Below are positions 40,838 through 49,107 of a stretch of DNA of 64,000 nt, in pieces. Location: NCBI GenBank assembly GCA_963812015.1, contig CAWETI010000002.1:544001-608000 (forward strand). Direction: 5' to 3'. The notes beneath the pieces are model-generated. The model ran no database searches. It was not told the DNA's origin and worked only from the letters and a program-made list of their open reading frames with translations. The DNA is from an uncultured delta proteobacterium (lineage in GTDB: Bacteria; Desulfobacterota; Desulfobaccia; Desulfobaccales; 0-14-0-80-60-11). Position 1 is the first letter of the stretch. The number at the start of each line of letters is the position of its first letter. A program made the position numbers and the translations under genes.

Positions 40838-40903
40838 CTTCTCGTCTACCTTTGTGCTATGGTGACTTTGCGAGAATGACCATATCTAAGGAGACGAGAA
40901 GTC

Positions 40904-41083
40904 ATGAATAAATGCCCCTTTCAGCCCAAAAAAGATTGTCCTATTGAAAATTGCCATTTTTATATTGAATTGGCACACGAATGCGCTTTCGTTTTTACTG
41001 CAAATTCTCTTGTAAGAATTGAGAACCTTTTGCAGCGATTTTATCATGATTTTAAAAACCCACCAATCCAAATTACTGATTAA
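40904..41083 (+). CDS. 59-aa four-Cys mini-protein (IS cargo)
   Basis: AAGGAG RBS; MNKCPFQPKKDCPIENCHFYIELAHECAFVF...; below the ORF-track cutoff. Confidence 0.65.
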   Translation: MNKCPFQPKKDCPIENCHFYIELAHECAFVFTANSLVRIENLLQRFYHDFKNPPIQITD

Positions 41084-41085
41084 TT

Positions 41086-41256
41086 TTATTGTAAGGTCAA
41101 GGTATTGTATAGGGCAGTAATAATTCCTTGATGAGGATAAAGCCCAAAAAGGGCCTCTAAATCTGATAGAGTTATACCACCCTCAACTTTGATGAAATCC
41201 TTAACCAAGGCAACCACTTTGTCTTGGAGGATTTGCTTTTTGCTTTGCTCTACCAT
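41086..41256 (-). CDS. 56-aa hypothetical protein (IS cargo)
   Basis: Near-perfect RBS TAAGGAGGTGG; MVEQSKKQILQDKVVALVKDFIKVEGGITLSDLEALFGLYPHQGIITALYNTLTLQ*. Stop lies 2 nt from the convergent ORF's stop. Confidence 0.65.
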   Translation of the reverse strand: MVEQSKKQILQDKVVALVKDFIKVEGGITLSDLEALFGLYPHQGIITALYNTLTLQ

Positions 41257-41273
41257 TTTACCACCTCCTTAAG

Positions 41274-42041
41274 ATGACTGATATATTTGCCGATTCAAAA
41301 ATCCGTCTCGCACAAGCAAAGAGACATATCCTTACACTTAAGAAAGAGATTAGGGCTTTCCTCGAAAAGTATGCAAAAAAGACCTACGTTATTTAAACCG
41401 ATCCCTCTGATTCTGATTGCTATTTGCATAAAATCAAAATTACAGAGAGACCTTCTCAAGAAATCGTAGCCTTTACTACTGATATTATTGACAATCTCAG
41501 GGCAGCCCTTGACATTGCTTGGCATAATCTTGCCGTTACCGGTGGGTTTGTCAGTCCCCAATTCGAAGCGAAGTTTCCTTTTGCTGATAATGTCACGAAG
41601 TTTAATGGTATGCTGGACAGAGGATTCAAGAATTTCTCGCCAGAGATTGTCGCGCTTGCGATGGGGTTCAAGCCATACAAAGGAGGGGACGATCTGCTCT
41701 GGGCACTGAACAGGATATGTGCTGCAAATAAGCACCGCCTGCTTACTACCCAATTTATTGGTTTTCACAAGATTGAGGGAGGAATTACAAAGTGGGGTCC
41801 CGGAGAGGTTCCTTCTGACATGAGGTGGGATCACACAAAAAATGAGATCATATTTTTCCGTACCCATGGTGAGATATGGACTGATTGCAATATACACGTT
41901 ACCTTTGTAATATCCTTTGATAAATCTATTGATGTCGTGGGACAGAAGCCAGTCACTACTACGCTTAACGCCTTGGCTGATAAAGTCGAGAACATCTTGA
42001 AAGCTCTTGAAGGGGCGGCACAGACATTGGGGGTTGCCTAA
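41274..42041 (+). pseudogene. ~255-aa hypothetical gene (possibly HEPN-like) with an in-frame TAA at codon 41
   Basis: MTDIFADSKIRLAQAKRHI...TYVI*TDPSD...DNLRAALD...KPYKGG...LNRICAANKHR. One continuous frame except TAA at 41394-41396. Confidence 0.7.
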
Positions 42042-42089
42042 GCCGATTTTGGCCTTGCCTTTTCCCATCGGCTGGCCTATTCTGTAACC

Positions 42090-42227
42090 ATGGACCAGCC
42101 CATGAAGGACAAGCCCCAAAAGGGGAAAATCCATCCTGACGAAATCGACGTGCTTCGCAGGATGCTTACAACCCCGCCCCAGCCACGCAAAAAGGCGCAG
42201 AAAAAGGCAGAGAAAGAAGCTAAGTAA
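42090..42227 (+). CDS. Small basic protein near the IS right end
   Basis: MDQPMKDK...DEIDVLRRMLTTPPQPRKK; resembles the LxRMLxTPP mini-ORFs I recall from IS1595-type elements (not searched). Confidence 0.6.
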   Translation: MDQPMKDKPQKGKIHPDEIDVLRRMLTTPPQPRKKAQKKAEKEAK

Positions 42228-42409
42228 CCGTTTTGCCTATTCTTCGTGTCTTTCTTGTAAAGTTTTCCAAAACATAGCATTCTTCAAGTATACCATCCCC
42301 TTTGAAAAAGGGGGGCAGGGGGGATTTTTTATCATTAGGGATAAAATATTTGTGGTTCATGAACGTTTAGCTTCCACTCGGGGCTTATAAAAACCCCATA
42401 GCATTTGAG

Positions 42410-42568
42410 TTAGTTCCACTCGGGCTTTGGGTCAGGAATAAAGGTTAGACCGACACCACAACCCAGAAACATGGCTCTGACAAGCCAGCCACCAGGAACC
42501 CTTGCCCTGTCCGTCCACCAATTAGGGTTGTCTTTAGCTTATATCTTCTCCCATTCCAATTTTGCCAT
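42410..42568 (-). pseudogene. 52-codon mini-gene with an in-frame TAA at codon 10
   Basis: GGGGAG RBS; MAKLEWEKI*AKDNPNWWTDRARVPGGWLVRAMFLGCGVGLTFIPDPKPEWN*. Confidence 0.6.
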
Positions 42569-42631
42569 CTCATTTCTCCCCCTTTTCTATGTCTATAATC
42601 CGGTGATTATAGGCGGGAATTGCATTTCCCA

Positions 42632-42654
42632 CGCAGGCTAAAGCCTGCGGCTAC
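42632..42654 (-). repeat. GTAG-REP palindrome, family D (intact)
   Basis: Minus strand reads GTAGCCGCAGGCTTTAGCCTGCG. Confidence 0.88.
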
Positions 42655-42664
42655 CAATGATACT

Positions 42665-43405
42665 TCACAACAGCCAGCACCCGACCAGAAGTACGGCCAG
42701 GAAAGGGATCAGGGTGAGGGACAGGGCTGGCAGGCCGGGAACGGTGATCAGTCCCAGCCCCAGGACCAGCCCGGACAAAAAACCGCCCCCGGCCCCCAGC
42801 CATACCAGGACCAGGCCCAGGCGGCGGGCCGGGCCGGGGATACGGTCATCGGGGTCCATCTGTTCGGTCCAGTCCAGGTCCCAGCGGCTCACCCGGGGCG
42901 TAAGCAAGCGGAGGAGAACGGGGCCCAGGATGAGGGCGATGACCGCGTTGTTGATGAAGACCGCCACCGCGATGACGGAGAAGGGCAGGAGTTTAAAGAT
43001 TTCCACCCCGAAGCCGATCACCAGGGCGCAGGCCCAGGCGCCCAGAACCACGGCGGCGATAAAGCGAGGCAGGTGATTCCCCAGATCGGCCAGGGGACGG
43101 TCGCCCCAAAGTTTGTAGGTCAGGTAGGCGGCCAGGAAATTTCCCCAAAAGCCGAAGAAACTGCCCACCCCCAAGGTGCCGAAGAAGTCGCCGATGAGAT
43201 TGCCGAAGGCGGCGCCCCAGGCCCCCGCCGGGCCGAAAAGGAGGCCGAAGACCACGGGAATGACATTGGCAGGGCGCAGTTCGGTGAGCCCCGGGATCAG
43301 GGGGATGCCTTTGAAGGGGATGAGGATGGCGGCAAAGATCCCGGCGGTGAGCACCGTCAGGACCACCATGGTGGAATAATTCCACATGCGCCAGACTTCC
43401 CGCAT
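42665..43405 (-). CDS. ECF transporter S component (QueT-like family)
   Basis: IPGLTELRPAN...GLLFGPAGAWGAAFGNLIGD; multi-TM; co-oriented with the ECF ATPase. Confidence 0.85.
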   Translation of the reverse strand: MREVWRMWNYSTMVVLTVLTAGIFAAILIPFKGIPLIPGLTELRPANVIPVVFGLLFGPAGAWGAAFGNLIGDFFGTLGVGSFFGFWGNFLAAYLTYKLWGDRPLADLGNHLPRFIAAVVLGAWACALVIGFGVEIFKLLPFSVIAVAVFINNAVIALILGPVLLRLLTPRVSRWDLDWTEQMDPDDRIPGPARRLGLVLVWLGAGGGFLSGLVLGLGLITVPGLPALSLTLIPFLAVLLVGCWLL

Positions 43406-43937
43406 CCGCTTAAGCTCCCAGAGGCCCATTCTACCGCATTGGAGCCAACGGGGCAATGAGGCCGTGGGAGGGGGCGATCCGGATTGGACCGGTTAGGGAA
43501 TGTTGAGCGGGGCTTTAAAAATCGATGCGCCCGGACCCCATATAAGGAAGTCGGCACCTCCCGCAGCCGGGCCCAAACCGGATTTCCGGGGCTTGGCCAA
43601 GGGTCCCGTCAAGCCATCCCCAGGGAGAACTAGCTTGCGGGCCGGACCTTTTTTCTCTAAACTCTCATGGTTAAAGGCAGGAGAAAGGCAAGGCAGGCAG
43701 GGCGTTGACCGAGGCCCGGCCGTTTAGGCCGCGGTTCGGAGAACTGACTTTTTACTAGTGATGGTTATAGAGCAATCGCCGGCGGTTTATTAACAGTCAC
43801 CCTTCACGCGACGCGCTCCCGGACCGGCAGCCAGGGGCCGGAGGTCAGGCCCCGGCCGGCCCTTTCCTGAGCCGCGCCAGGGCGCTTTGAAGATCCTTGC
43901 GGATATTAGTCGCAGCAATGAAAGGAGTTGGAGTATT

Positions 43938-44753
43938 ATGGCACAGCGGCGAGTCGGGGTCTACGTGGACTCCATGAATATCATGCGTTGCGGCGGCTAC
44001 GGGATGCGCTATGAAGTGATTCGGCGCTTTGTCGGCCGGGATGGCGATCAAGTAATGCGCCTGAATGCCTACGTCGCCATTGACGAAGAGCGCGCCATTT
44101 CTGATCCCAATTACAAAACGACCTTGAATTTCATCCTTACCCTGCGGGATTTAGGGTTCAAAGCCATTGAGAAGCCCATCAGGTGGTACACCGATGAATC
44201 CGGCCGGACCTACGGCAAGGCCAACCTGGACATGGAAATGGGCCTGGACATCGTCGCCCAATCCGACCGGTTGGACCTGATCTATCTGCTAACCGGTGAC
44301 GGCGATTTCTGCAGCGTGGTCACCATGGCGCAGAACAAGGGTTGCCGGGTGGAACTGATAGCCTTTGCTAATGTGTCGGGGCGGCTGCGCCGGGAGGTGG
44401 ACCTGTTCGTACCCGGCTACCTGGTGCCGGGGCTGTTGCCCACCACCCCGCCCTTTGCCGGGGCTCCGGCCTGGGGGGAAGTGGGCAGCCGGGTCCGGGG
44501 GGTGTGCACCAAATACTTTTTGGACCGCTCCTACGGGTTTTTCCGGTTCATGCACAGCTTCGGCAAGGTCTGGATCACCGACACTCGTCTGGAGGAATCC
44601 CCCTATACTTCGGTGTTTTTCATGGAAAAGGACCTGCCGTCGGGGGTGCATCCCGAGAACCTGCCCAGCCGGGATTACATCTTCGAGTTCACCCTGAGTG
44701 AGGGGGATAAAGGGTTTGTGGCCGCGGATATCGATTTGAATTATAAGTATTAG
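43938..44753 (+). CDS. NYN (LabA/DUF88, PIN-like) protein with C-terminal cold-shock-like OB domain
   Basis: VYVDSMN, KANLDMEM and LLTGDGDF motifs; C-terminal RVRGVC...YGFFRF...VFF. Confidence 0.88.
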   Translation: MAQRRVGVYVDSMNIMRCGGYGMRYEVIRRFVGRDGDQVMRLNAYVAIDEERAISDPNYKTTLNFILTLRDLGFKAIEKPIRWYTDESGRTYGKANLDMEMGLDIVAQSDRLDLIYLLTGDGDFCSVVTMAQNKGCRVELIAFANVSGRLRREVDLFVPGYLVPGLLPTTPPFAGAPAWGEVGSRVRGVCTKYFLDRSYGFFRFMHSFGKVWITDTRLEESPYTSVFFMEKDLPSGVHPENLPSRDYIFEFTLSEGDKGFVAADIDLNYKY

Positions 44754-44754
44754 C

Positions 44755-44912
44755 CAGCAGCTTTCAGCGGTCGGTTTTCAGCTAAAAGAAAAAACCAAAA
44801 GTCGGCCTTTTCCATGGTACTAGAAATGACTATGGATTTCATGGTCGCTGTAGGCTTTCAACTGGACCGGCAGAGTTTTTGGCTGACCGCTGATAGCTGA
44901 AAGCTCAAAGCT
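44755..44912. repeat. Inverted pair of GCTGA(A/T/C)N heptamer tandem arrays
   Basis: CAGCAGCTTTCAGCGGTCGGTTTTCAGCT ... GCTGACC GCTGATA GCTGAAA GCTCAAA. Confidence 0.7.
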
Positions 44913-44929
44913 TCAACAAAGGAGAGCCC

Positions 44930-46384
44930 ATGGGCCAGAAACTGCGCGTGCTGTTTGTTGCTTCGGAAGGGGTGCCCTTTGCCAAGACCGGCGGTCTGGC
45001 CGATGTGGTGGGCACCCTGCCCCAGGCCCTGGAGGAACACGGGGTCGAAATCAAGGTCCTTATGCCCTATTACGGCATGGTGAAGCAGGGGAAGGTGCCC
45101 ACCACGCTCATCGCCGAGGACCTGGAGGTGAACCTGGGGCTGATCAACCACACCTTCAATCTCATGGCCCCCGCCACCCCGGGTTCCCCGTTCTATTTCG
45201 TGGAGCGGGACGAGTTTTACGAACGGAGCCAGCTCTACGGCACCCCCCGGGGGGATTACTTCGACAACCTGGAGCGCTTCGCCTTTTTCAGCGGCGCGGT
45301 TCTGCCTTTTTGCCGGGCCTTGGACTTTGCCCCCGACCTGATTCACTGCCACGACTGGCAGAGCGCTCTGGCGCCGGTGTACCTCCGCCAGCGCTGGGGC
45401 GGCGAGGACATCCTGGCCGGGGCCAAGACGGTGTTCACCATCCACAACCTGGCCTACCAGGGCCTTTTTCCCAAAGAGAAGTACCCCCTGCTGGGTTTGG
45501 ACTGGTCTTATTACTCCATCGACGGCCTGGAGTACTACGACCAGATCAACCTGCTCAAAGGCGGCATCATCTGCGCCGACGCAGTCACCACGGTGAGCCC
45601 GCGCTACAGCGTCGAGATTCAGACCCCGGAGTTCGGCTACGGCCTGGAGGGAGTGCTGGGCACCCGGGCGGAGAATCTGCACGGCATCCTGAACGGCGTG
45701 GATTATCAGGACTGGAGCCCCGAGACCGACTCCCTGATCCCGGCCAAATTCGGCCGGAAGGATTTGAAGGGTAAGGCTGCGGACAAGGCGGCCCTGATGG
45801 AGGCCTTCGGGCTGTCCAAGGACCTGGCCGACGCCCCCATCCTGGCCATCATCTCCCGGCTGGCGGACCAGAAGGGCTTTGACCTGGTGGAGCAGGTCTT
45901 GCCCCAGCTCATGAAACAGAGACTGATGGTGGTCATCCTGGGCACCGGGGAGGAGAAATACCACCGCTGGCTGGAGGCCGAGGCCCCCAAATACCAGGGC
46001 AAGCTGGGAGTGAAGATCGCCTTTGACAACAAGCTGGCCCACCTCATGGAAGCCGGGGCCGATATGTTCCTCATGCCGTCCCGCTACGAACCCTGCGGCC
46101 TGAACCAAATCTACTCCATGAAGTACGGCACCATCCCCATCGTCCGGGCCACCGGCGGCCTGGCTGACACGGTGACCGCGGTGGGGGACCCCAAGACGCC
46201 GGGCACCGGCTTCGTGTTCACCGACTATACCCCCGAGGCCTTCCTCAAGGCCATCCATACCGCCCTGGACGCCTTCGCCAATAAGGACTTGTGGCAGCGC
46301 ATCATGATCCACGCCATGGGCCAGGACTTCTCCTGGAAGGTGTCAGCCCGGGCGTACCTGGAACTGTATAAGAGTTTGATGTGA
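44930..46384 (+). CDS. glgA: Glycogen synthase
   Basis: KTGGLADV, HCHDWQ, TIHNLAYQG, SRLADQKG and PSRYEPCGL motifs. Confidence 0.97.
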   Translation: MGQKLRVLFVASEGVPFAKTGGLADVVGTLPQALEEHGVEIKVLMPYYGMVKQGKVPTTLIAEDLEVNLGLINHTFNLMAPATPGSPFYFVERDEFYERSQLYGTPRGDYFDNLERFAFFSGAVLPFCRALDFAPDLIHCHDWQSALAPVYLRQRWGGEDILAGAKTVFTIHNLAYQGLFPKEKYPLLGLDWSYYSIDGLEYYDQINLLKGGIICADAVTTVSPRYSVEIQTPEFGYGLEGVLGTRAENLHGILNGVDYQDWSPETDSLIPAKFGRKDLKGKAADKAALMEAFGLSKDLADAPILAIISRLADQKGFDLVEQVLPQLMKQRLMVVILGTGEEKYHRWLEAEAPKYQGKLGVKIAFDNKLAHLMEAGADMFLMPSRYEPCGLNQIYSMKYGTIPIVRATGGLADTVTAVGDPKTPGTGFVFTDYTPEAFLKAIHTALDAFANKDLWQRIMIHAMGQDFSWKVSARAYLELYKSLM

Positions 46385-46387
46385 TGA

Positions 46388-46612
46388 GCTGGGGAAGGGG
46401 GGCAGGGGCTTTTTTGTAAGTGGCCCCTGCCGCCCTTCCCCAGGCCCCATCCCCCAACCCCCATAAGTAGGGGCGACCCGCCGGGTCGCCCCTTTTTTTC
46501 TTATGTGATTGGGGGTGGAGGTTTGGAGGAGGGGGAAAGGGCACTTACGAAAAAGCCCCTGGCCCCCCAAAAAAACACGCCTCGTAGGGGCGGGTTTCAA
46601 ACCCGCCCCTAC
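46388..46612. repeat. Composite palindromic cluster between convergent glgA and copA
   Basis: Inverted G/C-run arms (GGGGCTTTTTTGTAAGTG / CACTTACGAAAAAGCCCC) enclose a family C REP (46467-46493) and are followed by a family B REP (46584-46612). Confidence 0.8.
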
Positions 46613-46615
46613 ATA

Positions 46616-48844
46616 TCACCCCTTGAAGCGCCGCAGGCGCAAAGAATTGGTCACGACGGACACTGAGCTCATGGCCATGGCCGCGGCGGCCAGGGCCGGG
46701 TTGAGGGTCCAGCCCCAGAGGGGGTAGAAGGCCCCGGCGGCCACGGGGATGGCCACGATATTGTAGCAAAAGGCCCAGAAGAGGTTCTGGCGGATGATGC
46801 GCATCATCTGCCGGGAGAGTTGGATGGCCTGGGGGATGAGGTCCAGGTCGTCCCGGATGAGGGTCAAGTCCGCGGCCTCCAGGGCCACGTCGGCCCCGGT
46901 GCCCAGGGCGATGCCGACGTCGGCCTGGGCCAGGGCCGGGGCGTCGTTGATGCCGTCTCCCACCATGGCCACCACTTCACCATTGGCCTGGAGTTCCGCC
47001 ACTTTTTTGGCCTTATCGCCGGGGAGGACTTCGGCCAGCACGTCCTCGATGCCGATGCTGCCGGCCACCGCCATGGCGGTCATTTTATTATCGCCGCTCA
47101 AGAGGAGGATTTTCAGGCCCATGGCCTTCAAGGCGGCCACGGTCTGGGCGGCCCGGGGTTTGAGGGTATCGGCCGCGGCGATCACCCCCACGGGTTTACC
47201 GGCCACGGCCAGGAAGATGGCGGTCTTGCCCTCCCGGGACAGTTGGGCCTGGTGGGCGGCGAGGGGTTCGGCGGCGACCCCCTGTTGGGCGAGAAAGGCC
47301 AGGTTCCCCAGGAGCACTGCCTGGCCGTCGATCCTGGCCTCCACGCCCAGGCCCGGCACGGCCTGGAAGTCATGCACCTGGGGCAGGGCCAAATGTTGGG
47401 CTTGAGCGGCTCGGGTGACGGCTTCGGCCAGGGGGTGCTCGGATTTCTCCTCCAGGGCTGCGGCATGGGCCAGGACCGCCTCGGCGCTCCAGTGTTCCCA
47501 GGTATGGACGTCCGTTACCTGGGGGGCGCCCCGGGTGAGGGTGCCGGTTTTGTCAAAAACCACGGTGGTGAGGCGGTAGGCCCGCTCCAGGGGTTCGCCG
47601 CCCCGCATGAGGATGCCGAGCTCGGCGCCCCGGCCCGACCCCACCATGACCGCGGTGGGGGTGGCCAGGCCCATGGCGCAGGGGCAGGCGATGATGAGCA
47701 CCGCCACCATGCTGATGACGGCCCGGCTAAAGGTGGGCGGCGGCCCCCAATTGAGCCAGGCCAGGAAGGTTACTGCGGCCAGGCCCATGACCACCGGCAC
47801 GAAGATGGACGCCACTTTATCCACCAGGCGCTCGATGGGGGCTTTGCCGGTTTGGGCCTCTTCCACCAGGCGGATGATCTGGGAGAGCACCATGTCCTGG
47901 CCCACCCGGGTGGCCTTGAAGACCAGAAAGCCGCGTTGGTTCAAGGTGGCCCCCCAGACTTCGGCCCCCGGTTCCTTGGGCACGGGCATGCTTTCGCCGG
48001 TGAGCATGGACTCGTCGACGCTGCTCACGCCCTCGGCCACGACGCCGTCCACGGGGATCTTTTCCCCCGGCCGCACCACCACCAGGTCGCCCACCAGGAC
48101 TTCCGCCAAGGGGATTTCCTGCTCCTTATCGTCCCGGCGCACCCGGGCGGTGGGGGGGGCCAGGGCGAAAAGGCGGCGCAGGGCCTCGGAGGCCCGGCCC
48201 CGGGTGCGGGCTTCCAGCCAGCGGCCCAGGAGGATGAAGGTAATGATCATCACCGCGGTGTCGTAGTACACCGCCGGGGCATGGCCGGCCGCGGCCACGG
48301 TATCCGGGAAGAAGGTGACCCAGGCGGAGTAGAAATAGGCGGCGGAGGTCCCCAGGGCCACCAGGGTGTCCATGTTGGTGGACAGGTGTCGGGCGGCGTT
48401 CGCGGCCCCGGTAAAGAAGGAGGCGCCGGAGTAAAACATCACCGGGGTGGCGAAGACGAGCAGGATGAAGGCCAGGGCGCGGTGGCTGAGGCCGATGGCA
48501 TGGGTGACCGGGGGAATCATCAAGAGCCAGACCGGCAGGCTCAATGCCAGGGCCAGGAGGAAACGCCGGCGAAATTCCCGGACCTCGGCCTCCGGGGAGC
48601 GGGGGGCCCGCTGCTCCTTGGAGGAGGCTTCAACGATGTAGCCCGCATCGATGACCACCTGGGCCAGGGCCTCGGGGTTGGTAAGGCCAGGATTATATTT
48701 GACCTTGGCCTGGCGGGTGGCCAGGTTGACCGTGGCCAGTTCCACCCCGGGGGCGGCCGTCAGGGCCCGTTCCACCCGGGCCACGCAGGCGGCGCAGTGC
48801 ATGTCCCCCACGGAGAGAATGATTTTTTCGGTCTGGGCGGAAAT
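46616..48844 (-). CDS. copA: Cu(I)-translocating P1B ATPase (start uncertain: ATT at 48844 or GTG at 48811)
   Basis: HMA motif [33 protein letters not shown] and MAMSS. Confidence 0.95.
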   Translation of the reverse strand: MSAQTEKIILSVGDMHCAACVARVERALTAAPGVELATVNLATRQAKVKYNPGLTNPEALAQVVIDAGYIVEASSKEQRAPRSPEAEVREFRRRFLLALALSLPVWLLMIPPVTHAIGLSHRALAFILLVFATPVMFYSGASFFTGAANAARHLSTNMDTLVALGTSAAYFYSAWVTFFPDTVAAAGHAPAVYYDTAVMIITFILLGRWLEARTRGRASEALRRLFALAPPTARVRRDDKEQEIPLAEVLVGDLVVVRPGEKIPVDGVVAEGVSSVDESMLTGESMPVPKEPGAEVWGATLNQRGFLVFKATRVGQDMVLSQIIRLVEEAQTGKAPIERLVDKVASIFVPVVMGLAAVTFLAWLNWGPPPTFSRAVISMVAVLIIACPCAMGLATPTAVMVGSGRGAELGILMRGGEPLERAYRLTTVVFDKTGTLTRGAPQVTDVHTWEHWSAEAVLAHAAALEEKSEHPLAEAVTRAAQAQHLALPQVHDFQAVPGLGVEARIDGQAVLLGNLAFLAQQGVAAEPLAAHQAQLSREGKTAIFLAVAGKPVGVIAAADTLKPRAAQTVAALKAMGLKILLLSGDNKMTAMAVAGSIGIEDVLAEVLPGDKAKKVAELQANGEVVAMVGDGINDAPALAQADVGIALGTGADVALEAADLTLIRDDLDLIPQAIQLSRQMMRIIRQNLFWAFCYNIVAIPVAAGAFYPLWGWTLNPALAAAAMAMSSVSVVTNSLRLRRFKG

Positions 48845-49107
48845 TGTCTTGATCTCCTCGGGTGCAGATTAGGCCTAGGTTATCCCCAGATGAACCAGAT
48901 ATTCCTTCATTATAGATAAATACGCCAAAGGGAAAAGGCAAGTGATCCGAAAGGATGACAAATTGCCGATACCCGGTTGGGGCTGTGGCGCCGTTCCGGC
49001 CACCTGGGAACCATCAAAAGATAGCCACCGAAAATTGCCGCATCGGGTCCGAGTCGTCAGGTCTTTCCCGTCTTGCTACCGGCCGCGGGAATTGATACTA
49101 TACCCCC

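Larger units (their letters stand above)
39592..42300 (+). mobile_element. IS1595-family element with passenger genes (2,709 bp; ISNwi-like end)
   Basis: Imperfect TIRs GGCGATTATTTACTTGACAA and GGGGATGGTATACTTGAAGA (14/20). Perfect 8-bp TSD TTTGAAAA at 39584-39591 and 42301-42308. Lower GC than flanks. Confidence 0.92.
39522..42365. mobile_element. Second copy of the 127-bp MITE, interrupted by the IS1595 element
   Basis: 39522-39591 (70 bp) plus 42309-42365 (57 bp) equals 127 bp, colinear with 35756-35882. TTTA at 39518-39521 and 42366-42369. Confidence 0.85.

Noticed and set aside
41394..42541. Two nearby in-frame TAA codons (plus TAG/TAA upstream of copA) as stop-codon reassignment
   Set aside because: TAA and TAG terminate many intact conserved genes here (for example mraZ, ftsW, wecB, mraY); single nonsense mutations in accessory DNA are the simpler explanation.
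46820..48919. Long antisense ORFs (for example 699 aa opposite copA, 484 aa opposite glgA, many opposite dcw genes)
   Set aside because: These are shadow frames expected from high-GC codon bias; they show no recognisable motifs.
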